Origin: Vicugna vicugna
Lineage: Eukaryota
Reading direction: 5' to 3'
DNA: 64,000 nt
NCBI GenBank assembly: GCA_013265495.1
Contig: MU058433.1
Location: forward strand, 160,820 to 224,819
The notes beneath the pieces were generated by a model. That model worked only from the letters and a program-made list of their open reading frames with translations. It had not been told where the DNA came from and ran no database searches. Each line of letters opens with the position of its first letter. Position 1 is the stretch's first letter. The translations under genes and the position numbers were made by a program. Shown here piece after piece: positions 12,362 through 23,602 of the stretch.

Positions 12362-12784
12362 ATGGCGTCAGGAATTTTCATGAACATACAGGAGGAGGTG
12401 ACCTGCCCCATTTGCCTGGAGCTTCTGACAGAACCCTGGAGCCTTCACTGTGGCCACACGTTCTGCCAAGCCTGCATCACTGCGAACAACAAGGAGTCCA
12501 AGACTGGCACAGAAGGGGAGAGCAGCTGCCCTGTGTGCCGACTCAGTTACAGGCCTGAGAACCTGCGGCCTAACCAGCTTGTGGCCAACATAGTGGAGAG
12601 GCTCAGGGAGGTCAGGCTGAGCCCGGAGGTGGAGCAAAAGGGAAATCTCTGTGCGCGCCACGGAGAGAAACTCCTGCTCTTCTGTATGGAGGATGGGAAG
12701 GTCATTTGCTGGCTTTGCGAGCGGTCCCAGGAGCACCGTGGTCACCGCACGTTCCTCTTGGAGGAGGTCGCCCAGGAGTACCAG
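12362..12784 (+). CDS. TRIM5: TRIM5-like copy B exon 2 (RING, B-box 2); exon starts at 12301
   Basis: [22 protein letters not shown]; complete C3HC4 RING; B-box [25 protein letters not shown]; donor CAG|gtgcga. Confidence 0.95.
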
Positions 12785-13366
12785 GTGCGAGCCCAGAATG
12801 GAGGGAAGACGGGGCAGAAAACGGTACTTGAGGGGAAATCTCCCCTTGGCAATGGGCCTTATTTACCTGGTCACCACAGACCCAAAGCCCGTGGCCGCTT
12901 CTCTTCCAGCGCGTACCTTCTGATGTCAATGGACATGTCTGTGTATTCCGCCCGATTACAACATAATAACCCTGCACACAGCCTTTCAGGTAGAAGTAGA
13001 TACTTACGCACTTTGTGCTGGATGGTGGGGACCTGGTGCCAGAGAGAAGCTCTCATTATCACTCCAGATAAGAGGCTAACTGGGACACTGGGTGAGCTAA
13101 GGTGAAAGTCGTTCCCTTGCTATAGGATCCGGGTTCTTCTAGGACAAAGAGAATCAGTCCTCTGTCGGTGAGATGTTGGGTCTTCTATCTCTTGAGTCTT
13201 AAAGAACACATTCACTACTTCATGGTTTTTCCCAAGTCATAGATTCTAATTGCTCATTTCTATGGATTCCAGTGTCTGGAAACCCGACCATTTCTCCCCC
13301 ATTTATCCTCTGCAGTGATGCTGAGCAAGCCCAGAGCTTGACTCTGGTGTGCTTCTTTTCTCACAG

Positions 13367-13462
13367 GGGAAACTCCAGGCAATTCTGAAGAGGCTGAGGG
13401 AGGAGCAGCAGAAAGCTGAGAACTTTGAGACGGAAGTCAGAGAAGAGATCACTACCTGGAAG
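13367..13462 (+). CDS. TRIM5: TRIM5-like copy B exon 3 (coiled coil, 96 nt)
   Basis: cacag|GGGAAACTCCAG...TGGAAG|gtagga. Confidence 0.92.
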
Positions 13463-14071
13463 GTAGGAGGGGACACTTCCTGAGGGAGTTAGACAGGTAT
13501 CTGGGCAGGACCTTGATGTTAGTCTCAAGGAGATACCTTCCTCTTTGTTCCCTGACAGTCAAGTCGTTTCATTGGTCCCTTTGTTCATCCTTCCCCTGAT
13601 AGGGCTGAGGGCTGAGAAGTGCACGTACCCCCAGTGAACACAGCCACTCCAAGGGACGTATTCGTGCACAGGGGCTCTCTGCTGAGGATGACACGTGAAT
13701 TTCACGTTCCCTTCCTGTCAAATGGCAGTGGCGGATGGTTCTGTCCTCAGTGTTCCACTTTTGGCAGAGGTTTGTGGGAGGGGGTCGGGAGCAATGCAGG
13801 GAGGCACGAGCATCCTGGACACGTGTGTGGAAGCCTAGCACACCCAGGGATTCCATTTTGGCTCAGCGAGGCCTAAATAATGCAGACTTGGGGCCATTAA
13901 TTTGGAATGTGATGGTGAAAAAGCGATGGACAAAAGTCAGCTTCCCCAAGAACTCTTTTCCTCCTCCTGTCTCACCTCCCTGTGGGAACTTCCCGAGTAC
14001 GTAGGTCTTTTTCTGGTTCCCAGTGTCAGCCTGAGAGTTCTAATTCCTCTCTCTCTGTTTCATTCCTGAAG

Positions 14072-14302
14072 CATCAAATAGAAAATGAGAGACAAAATGT
14101 CCAGGCAGAGTTTAAAGAACTGAGAGCTATCCTGAACGATGAGGAGCAGAAGGAACTGCAAAAGCTGAAGGATGCGGAAGGAGGTATTCTGCGTAACCTG
14201 GCGGACTCTGAGAATGAGGTGGTCCAGCAGAGCCAGTTGGTGAGAGACCTCATCTCAGATCTGGAACAATGTTTGCAACGGTCAATGGTGGAGATGCTGC
14301 AG
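14072..14302 (+). CDS. TRIM5: TRIM5-like copy B exon 4 (coiled coil, 231 nt)
   Basis: HQIENERQNVQAEF...EMLQ|gtaaga. Confidence 0.92.
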
Positions 14303-14699
14303 GTAAGACTGGGGAAGTAGCCCCAGCATCTGAGAGCTGAGACAAATGAATCCTAGGTTTCCATCTCTTCTGTATTGTTGTGTTCTTTCTGGTGTTGTCA
14401 CCAAGGTTGCTTTGGCCCTGCAGTGCCCCTTCCCTGCATCTCGTCCGGGGGGTATAAGAATATCTGAATGAGTGAATTGAATTCAGGGATAACAAGAGGA
14501 ATTTTTATTTTTTAATGTACCATGTTCAGTGCAAAAGTGTGACTGTGGAGCGAAGATTCACTGTCTTCAGTGATTTGCTGGAGGCCCCTATTATCTGTAT
14601 CCAGTTTTAAGCATTTGTCAGATAGCTCTTCATGACGCAGCTTAGTCAGTAACAAATGCACTTTTGACTGCAAGATTTTTTTTTTCTCTCAATGTGTTG

Positions 14700-16400
14700 A
14701 TATTTTTTTCTCTTTCTCTATTTCTGAAGATAATTTTTGAAGGACTGTTACTTATTCTTTAAATATTAATGGAATTCATTAGTGAAGCCATCTCACTCTG
14801 GCTTTTTCTTATAGGAAAGGTTTAAACTATTTTACCTGTATTAGGATTATTTCTATTTTTCACAGTCATTGAGTCAGTTTTTGTATGTCTTTGTAGGCAA
14901 TTGTCTATTTTCAGTTTTCTTATTTATAGGCATAAAGTTCATTATAATAATCCTTTATTATCCCATTAATTTCTATTTTATTCACAGCAGTGTCCCCTCT
15001 TTTAGTCCTGAGTTTGGTGATTTTCTTTTTCACTTCTTTCCTCGTCAGTTTAGTTATGTTTTGTCAATTCATTGATTGTTTTCAAAAACAAACTTATTTT
15101 TTATTTACTTTGTCTATTTTAACCTTTTCTTATTCATTACCTTCTGCTCTCACATTTGTTGTTTTCTGTGTGTGTGTCTGTGTGCGTGTGTGTCTGTGTG
15201 TGTGTGTGTGCTGGTTCAATATGCAATTCCTTAGGTTCCTGAGGTGGGAATTTAGATGGCTGACTTGAGACCATCTCTTCTGATACAGTGTTTAATGATA
15301 TAAGTGCATGTCCTTAGTTGTATTCCTCACATTTTGATTGTTTAGTTTTAATTTTCATTCAATTTCAACTTCTCAGACTTCCTTTGCAGTTTTTGGTTTT
15401 GTTCAACTTTGGATATTTTAAAGTGTGTTGTTAATTAGAAAATACTCCGTGACACATGAGTTTTACTTCTGCTGTTGATTTCAAATTTAATTCTGCTGTA
15501 ATCAGAGAACATATATATTTTATTACTTTAAAACTTTTAGGTTCATTGACACTTGTTTATGGCTTAAGAACTTTATGTTCAGGAAAATTTTCTATATAGA
15601 TTTGAGAAGATTGTGTATTCACACTTATTGGGTAAAATGGTCTATAGATGTTAGTTTGGTCAGAATGGTTGATAGTATCGTCCATGTCGTTTATAAATTT
15701 GATGGTTTCCATATAAGCTAGTCTCTCATTATTAAGAGTGAGATTTTGAAATGTGTAACTATTATTGAATCGTCCATTTCCCCTTTTAATTTTACTTTGT
15801 GTACTTTGAAGCTCTGCTGTTAGGTGCATATACGCTTACAATCATCATAACTTTTTGATATACTGAACCTTTTGCCATTATAAAATTTCTCTGTCACTCT
15901 CACATAATACTTATTGTCTTAAAGTCTATTTTGTCTACTATTTATATAAACACTTGACCTATCTCCTGATTATTGCTTGCATGATGTATATTTTTCTCTC
16001 TTTTTACTTTTGCCCTTTTTGTGTCTTTGAATCTAAAATAGGTCCCTTATAGATAGCAATAGTTGAACTTTGCTTTTTATCCAGCCCTACAATCTCTGCC
16101 TTTCAGTTGTGGTATTAATGCATGACATTTAATGCAGTTACTGATATGGCTTTGATTAAATTGACCATTTTCCTATTTGCATTCTATAGGGCTACTCTAG
16201 TGTTCATTCTTCTCCTTCTCCTTAACTAGCTTCTTCTGTGTTAAACGAATTTTTCAAGTATACAATTTCAAGTTGTCCTATTTCCTCACTGTATTTTTTT
16301 TTAAGCTTTTTTCCTAGCGGTTGCTCGAGTGATTACAATATGTCTCCTACCCCATCATGGGCTACTTCTGACCACACTAAGCTATTTCCAGTAAAAATGG
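14700..16400 (-). mobile_element. Old antisense L1 fragments in intron 4
   Basis: ggaattcattagtgaagccatct, ttgtcttaaagtctattttgtc, ctctgctgttaggtgcata. Confidence 0.75.
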
Positions 16401-17745
16401 GAACTTCCCTCAGCACTACTTCATTTCCTTTCGAAAACAACGCAGGGATGTTTTCCACATGGGCTGCTCGTCCTGTGTAGGCTCGTGCCTGCAGGCGTGC
16501 AGATTTTTTTGTTGTAACTGGGAGGAGAAGCTCTTTTTTCTTCTAGAGTTTATATGAGGCGATTCATGTTTCCTTCATGAGCTGAGAATAAAGTTAATAT
16601 AAGGGGAATCAATAGAACTGGAGAAAGATAGAGACCTGATTCTGATGACAAAGTTTGAGCTTCATAATTAAAGTTTGAGTAAAGTTGTAACTCTCCCCCA
16701 GAATCATTTATCATTTCTTTACTTATTCTATATGTATTTGAGTTTTGTCATGTACAACAAAGGAGCCCTAATACAGAAAGAATTTTTTTCCAAAACCCAG
16801 CTATGGTCCTACTTTTTGGTGACACGAATTAAGTAAGTCTTCAGCAAAAGAGATCAAATATAGTGGTACATATATGTTCAAACAAGCAAAACAATATCTG
16901 TCGTGATTAAGAAGGTTAGATGGCTAAAAACTGTAAAGGATCTGGACTAAACTGACTCAGTAGAGACCAAAGTGCAGGTAAATTCTGGAGTTTTTAGGGC
17001 AGTGAGTGGGTATTGAGAACATGATGAAAATGGGGTATAAGGGGGGAAACAATTTGGTCAGTGAATGATGAGTAACATCTTAGACATTCTATGTCACTGA
17101 TTCCTGCGGCTGTTTCACTACTGAATATAATAATATGCATTTAAGAGGCAAAATTGAATAAAAATAAAGAGTTGGAAATGAACTGCACATATGTGCATGC
17201 TGATTTTAAGAGAGTGGAAGGGGTCATTAACAGTGCATAAATTGAGAAGAGAGAGACCTCAAAAATGCCTACATTAATCCTTTTGCTTACTTGTACCCTC
17301 AACAAAAGCCTTATAAATAGTTTGGGGGAGATCAGGATTATGTATTCACCTTTGATCCTCCAAAGCCTTGGCAAATAACAGTCCATCACTTCACAGTTTT
17401 AGTGAATAAATGACAGTATTCAAATCACCTCATGAAGTATTCAAATCAACTCCTGGGCCATCAAATTTACAGGCCTCTTGTTTTTCCCATAAACATGTCT
17501 CATCTCCTGATATTGAAGTTTCATGCTCTTGTTTCATAATGGCCAAAGCATTTTTCACCTTTTTGGGAACCTGACAACATCACATGAGTCTCTGGCATGA
17601 CTGACCTCACTCTCCTCTTTACTTTCCGGCTCTCACATTGAGACAATCTCTGTTCCCACAGTCAGGGGCTGGTGGGGACGTGAAGAAACTTTGTAAGTAG
17701 GGGAACTGCTTGGTTCTTGACTCGTGTTTTCTCTTTTCTCACTAG

Positions 17746-17768
17746 GATGTGCATGGCATCATAAAAAG
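17746..17768 (+). CDS. TRIM5: TRIM5-like copy B exon 5 (23 nt)
   Basis: ctag|GATGTGCATGGCATCATAAAAAG|gtatgt after a polypyrimidine tract. Confidence 0.9.
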
Positions 17769-18985
17769 GTATGTGTGGGAGACCAGACGTGGTTCCTTTG
17801 GGCTGTGAAATAATAAAAAGCCACTGGAGTTTTCTGGTGGCCAATTCGAGTAAAACAATGTTCAGGGGAGAAAAAATGGGATGCACATTTATCTTAAATT
17901 TCTGTTCACAAATCATAGCTAAATTCTTCTATAAATACTGAGAGTGGAGTAGATTCCATAGTAGATAGTTTTGGTCATGAGAATTTGCAGAGTTTGGGTC
18001 TGTAGTAGTATTACGGATAACACTTTTGAATATCAGACACCTGTGACCTCAAATATTTAATTCATACTGTGTGTCATTATCTAACTTGGATTCTCACATT
18101 TAACAGGTGTTTGACTTGTCATGGGAAGGTCAGAACTTCTTTATCTGCCAAGTATCCAGAACTAGAGAAAACTCCTTTACATTTGAACGTCTGCCCTGGG
18201 TGTAGAAGAGACCAGCTTCTTATATATATTTCCGTTTAAATTTCCAAAAATAGACTTGAATCTCCAGGAATATTTTGGCCCTGATACAAACAATTGATCC
18301 AACTTGGTCACATACTCTAGAAGCCAGAATGAGAAGGTGGCAACTTTGTGTCTGAATTTGCACCCCTATGTGGCAGCATGAAACTCTTTACAAACACATG
18401 AATTTCAGACCACTGTTGGTTTAGCGTTCATGATGTCTTATTTCCGAAGGGTTTTTACTTGTTCCCAGAGAACAAGAAATCTCAAATTATTCTGAGGGTC
18501 TCCCTGTTGGGGAGCAGCCTGTGAAATTTTGGGGACACTCTGGACAATATTCTCATACATGATACGTCTCAAACTCCCAGGAGGCAGGTTCACAAGCTCA
18601 CTTTCTGACATCTTCCAGGGAACCCATATCCATGCAGTGACTTTTCCACGAATTAATGTTTTTAAGGTACTAAAGTTTTCTTTTGTTGAGTCCATTATTT
18701 CCTATGATTTCTAGGAGGGAGAGGGGGAAAGGTTAATGATTTCAGTTTGAAAGGGAGAAACTGTGCTACTGAGAGATCAAGACCTTCTCAGGTCACACAG
18801 AGGAACTGGGAAAGTGGACATGAGCACATTTGTTCTGGCTCCAAGGTCAGGCATCCATTGCCTCCTTTCTCAGGGTCTCTAGGAACGACCCTTCAAGTGT
18901 ATCTATGGGGTGAAAATATAGAAAGTCATTGGTTTTCAAGGGATAAAATATCCGAGGTGTGGTGGTCAATTTTTATCATCCCTAG

Positions 18986-19086
18986 GTGTGAGACCTTGAC
19001 CCTGAAGAAGCCAAAAACCTTTCCCAAGGGACAAAGGAGAGTGTTTCGAGCTCCTGATCTGAGACAGATTTTCAGAGCGTTTAATG
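18986..19086 (+). CDS. TRIM5: TRIM5-like copy B exon 6 (101 nt, linker 2)
   Basis: [33 protein letters not shown]; ag/gt boundaries. Confidence 0.92.
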
Positions 19087-19368
19087 GTGAGGAGTGCTTC
19101 CCAACGTGGGCGTCTCTGGGATTGTTGTGATGGCTGTGGAAAATGGGGAAGCGGCTCCAATTTTCCAGGGGGGGATAGAGACATTGGAGGCCAGATGCTA
19201 TGTGCTGACAATATGGTGATGTTTAATGGGGAGTGACCAGCTGTCTGGTTCATTGTCTCTCTCGCCAGTTTTCCACTTCACAACAGTCCTTCCCCTAAAG
19301 TGGGAGAAAATGTATTCCAGTCCTAATGTCTTTGATTACATTTGATATTACGATTTTTATCATTCCAG

Positions 19369-19395
19369 AGCCGAGAGACGCGCACCGCTACTGGG
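19369..19395 (+). CDS. TRIM5: TRIM5-like copy B exon 7 (EPRDAHRYW)
   Basis: 27 nt, ag/gt boundaries, paralogous to 224-250. Confidence 0.9.
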
Positions 19396-19618
19396 GTAAC
19401 GAGAAATCACAGTGTCATCAAGCCACCCTCCTTTCATCAACTTTTAGAGTCTTTCACTTTCTAGTAGCTTTCCTGTTTTAAGAGCCATGTCTCCCCTCCC
19501 AACACACACAAACACAAACGTATTTTCTTTCCCTTAAAGTCCTTCTAAAGATCCCTTCCACGGCTTCACAAATAAAACTACATCGTATCCCTCACTCAGT
19601 GCTGTTATTTTTCAACAG

Positions 19619-20201
19619 ATCACGTGCCCTTGATTCCTCCAGAGCGTAAATCAAACGTCAATTCTGCAGATAGAGGACTAATGTTTTCCCTGAAACCTCC
19701 TGGACAATCCAATGCATATTTTGTATGGTGATTTGCAAGATCCTGGTCTCCAGCTCCCCGATTATTACAACAGGAAAACATTACTGGGAGGTAGATGTGT
19801 CACAGAAACGTGCCTGGATCCTTGGGGTATGTGATGAAAACCGACAGAGAAATTTTATGAGACTTTTATCCCAAGAACATGAAAATTATCAACCTGTTTG
19901 CTTGCAGTATCAACCTATATGTAGCTACTGTGTTATAGGGTTACAGAGTTTCCAGTATTACGCATTTGCCCCGTCTCCCTCCTCTGATCCCTTAAAGATA
20001 CCCCTCTCCCTGAGTGTTCCTTCCTGGCGTTTGGGGGTTTTCCTAGACTATGATGCTCGCGCTGTCTCATTTTTCAATGTCACGAACAACGGGTCTCTCA
20101 TCTATAAATTCTCTTCGTGTTCCTTTCCCCAGAAACTGTATCCATATTTCAATCTTATGAAATGTGAGGCCTCCATGACTCTGTGCTCGCCAGGCTCCTG
20201 A
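19619..20201 (+). pseudogene. TRIM5: TRIM5-like copy B exon 8 (SPRY), frameshifted as assembled; the spliced frame stops at TGA 19729-19731
   Basis: 583 nt versus 587 nt in copy A (-3, +1, -2 indels); the SPRY remainder is open in another frame (ORF 19725-20201). Confidence 0.8.
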
Positions 20202-21924
20202 ACCTTCTAACACTCACACCCACTTCTTTTCTCCTGCCTCTTGTGCGTGCATCTAACCCGCCTGAGCTCATCTGCACCATCCCTCCATTTTCCTTTCTTC
20301 CATCTATTTTTTTCCATTTGAATGTTTTTCATTCATCAGTTAGGCTATTCAGCTGGCCTTGTGTCATATTTTTTGGTTCAATATCATGTCTGGATTAAAA
20401 GAAAATCTTAATTCATCATTTTCCATACCCCAAGAAAAAGTGATTAATGCCGTGCAAAGAAGGAGCACTCCTGATGGAACACCTCTGCTAATTTTTACAG
20501 CCTCATTTCCCTTGGCACTGACCAAGAAGAGGAAGGGATGCTTCTTAAAAACTTCATATATTATCAAAGCCCTTGTATTTACTTGTCATTTACTAAAGTG
20601 TGATCCTGAGTGGTGTCTCAGTTTACCTATATTGTCCCTTAATCCTCAAGGAATTAAGGAGAAAATAGCACAAATAATATGTACTAAGAGTGGGAATTTT
20701 GTATCCAGAGTATGTGACTTCAAGCCCTGTCTCTCTGCATGTGAACAATGAAACCTTAATAAAATACTAGAACACTCTGTTCATTTTCTTAAAATGATCT
20801 TGACATGAAAACTGCACCATATATAAGATCATTCTGAGTAGATAAATGTTATTAAGTATAAAGCATGTATTCTTCTCAACGTAACAATAAATATTAGATT
20901 TGTTCATTACTGAGAAATATAACCCGTGTCAGTGTCTCATTAAACTGGTTTGTGCCTTCAGAGGCACAAGGGTTGTTTTTACTGTCGTCTCATTTTCCAG
21001 ATTCTTGATGCCTCTGTGCTGCTGACAAGACTACTCCAGCTCTCCCTGCCATGGAAAACTGTGTGTGTGTGTGACCACAATTAGAATTTTATTATAATTC
21101 TGGTGTTGCTACACACTGGTTCTTTACAAGTAAATTAAATTCTATGGAATTGTTTCTCATTTTTAAAAATTTACCTGATCAATATTGTGAATATTAAACA
21201 GTACACTGTTTGCAATAACTTCTGTAATTTCTAGGATATAAGTGGTGGTCCAATATGATATGTATTTATTTTTTGTCTCCTTCTTCCTGTGACCAAGATA
21301 AATCATTTTTAGAATATATACTAGTTTGTATTCAACATTATTACCATTGCTATGTTTTAAGAAACTGAATAAATTGAACAATGAATTACTATTTTTTATT
21401 TCAAATAAATTTTTCTGTAATTTGCCTTATCTTACATTTTAAAAAATGGTCTGCTTATAATCAATTTTATTGAAATTGAATTTTAGTCTGGGCTCTATTT
21501 GCCCAGCTAAAAAGCTGTTATTCACAGTGATACATTAATAGAAGTGTAATTGTGGGATATGTTAACTGATGTAGGTAACTGTTTTGTGTGCCCTAGTCAC
21601 ACTAACTTTTTCAATGACATAAAAGTTCTTAGGAAAGAAGAGAAGAGGAAAAACCTGTTATCTTCCCTCAGTGAGTTAAGAGAGGAATTATTTCTGTAAT
21701 ATATGTTCATCCAGAGCTTTGTGGGATCCCTCTGTCTTTTGGAATTTTTTCCCCAACGTTTTCTCCAACCAAATTAGAATTCAAAAAAAAGAAAAAGAAA
21801 AAAGTGAATTGTTTGTTCAAGTAGAATCTACTCTCATCCCTGCTTGTTTCCAAGAATTCTCAGCTTCCTCATCTTTGGATGAGCTTTGAGGTTATGAAGG
21901 TTTGCGAGGACAACTTTTCCAGTT

Positions 21925-23415
21925 TCTGTGTCTGTGTGTGTATGTACACATCCATATCTGACCATTCATCCATAGAAACTGAAGGGAGTTGATCGTCTAA
22001 AGTTTCCCTTTGACCTCTGCCTTCCTGTCACCCCATTGCTACAATGACTGGCATTCTGACTCATTAGCAAAATCTGTACCCTTGATTATTGACAAATGAC
22101 TCTGCAGGGACAATGATGGCTTCTAATTTACTAGAATGCCCAATCCTCCAGTTAAGGATGAAACACCCAGATATAAGAATTGGAAGCCCTGAGTTTCCGT
22201 ATACCACAGAGAAACATCTGCACATCAAGGGGCATTCACTTTATAACAGAGACTCCTGGCCCCAGAAATGAAGCCCTCTGCTGAAAAAAATGAGGTATCT
22301 CTAAGTTGCTCCCCGTTCCAGATCCCCTCCTCAGTAAAATGCCAAAGGTGTCCTGGAATCTCTTCAATACTTCGTGCTGGGATAACTGGACAGCTACATG
22401 CAAGAGAATGACAACTGAACATTTCCTCACACCATGTAGAAAAGTAAACTCAAAAGAAATTCAAGACCTAAATGTAAGTCCTGAAACAGTGAAATTCCTA
22501 AAAGAGAGCATAGTTAGGACACTTCTTGATATAACCCATGGCAATAGATTTTTGGATCTGTCTCCTAAGGCAAAAGGAAGAAAAACAAAACTAAACAAAT
22601 GGGACCTAATTAAACTTAAAAGCACTTGCCCAACAAAGAAAACTATCAACAAACTGAGAAACCAAACTCCTGAATGGGAAAAAACATTTGCTAATGATAT
22701 GACCAATAAGGGGTTATATCAAAATTTAAAGACAGCTCGTACATCTCATTATCAATAAAACAAAGAATCCAAATAAAAAAAGGACAGAAGATTCAATAGA
22801 CATTTTTCCAAAGAAGGTACACAGATATCCAAAGGGCTCATGAAAATGTGCTCAACATTGCTAATCGTCAGAGACATGCAAGTCAAAGCTGCAATGAGCT
22901 ATCACCTCATACCGATCACAATGGTTATCAAAAGGACAGCAAATAACAACTATTTGTGAGTATGTGGAGAAATGAGAATGCAAGTACAGTGTTGGTGGGA
23001 TATTAAATTGGCACAGCCACAATGGAAACTGTATGGAGGTTCCTTTAAAAAACTAGAAGTAGAAATACCATATGATCCAGCAATTCCATTCCTGGGTACA
23101 TAACTGAAAAAAAAAAAAAGAAAACACTAAAAAAAATACATGCACCACAATGTTCACAGAAGCATTATTTAAAATAGCCAAGGTATGGATGCAAACTAGG
23201 TATCTATACAGGTGAGTGAATAAATAAATAGTGATAATTATACACAATGTAATATTACATTTATTTATTATAATACAGTTATACATTATTATACATTATT
23301 ATAATACAGTTATTTAAAAAGAATGAAATTCTGCCATTTGCAGCAACACATTTGGATTTAAAGTGCATTATGTTTAGTGAAATAAGTCAAACTGAGAAAT
23401 ACAACTATAGTATGA
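21925..23415 (+). repeat. Older, more diverged paralog of 1940-3405, including the same L1 insertion (from ~22363)
   Basis: Shared junction aggtgtcctggaatctcttcaatactt at 2359 and 22346; visibly lower identity than the young duplication. Confidence 0.85.
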
Positions 23416-23493
23416 TTTATCCATTCATCTGTCAGTGACTTAGGTTCCTTCCATACCTTGACTATTGTAAATAATGATGCTATGAATATTGGG

Positions 23494-23552
23494 TTGATAG
23501 TCAGTTACAATGCATCAGTTTCTGGTGTACAGCATAATGTCCCAGTCAAGTA

Positions 23553-23602
<50 letters not shown>

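Noticed and set aside
12785..13105. Extension of the exon 2 ORF to 247 aa
   Set aside because: Read-through into intron 2 beyond the donor at 12784; no domain similarity
18107..18128. Second 22-nt AG/GT-flanked micro-exon candidate
   Set aside because: The 23-nt exon at 17746-17768 matches TRIM5 exon 5 and keeps frame; this one would frameshift
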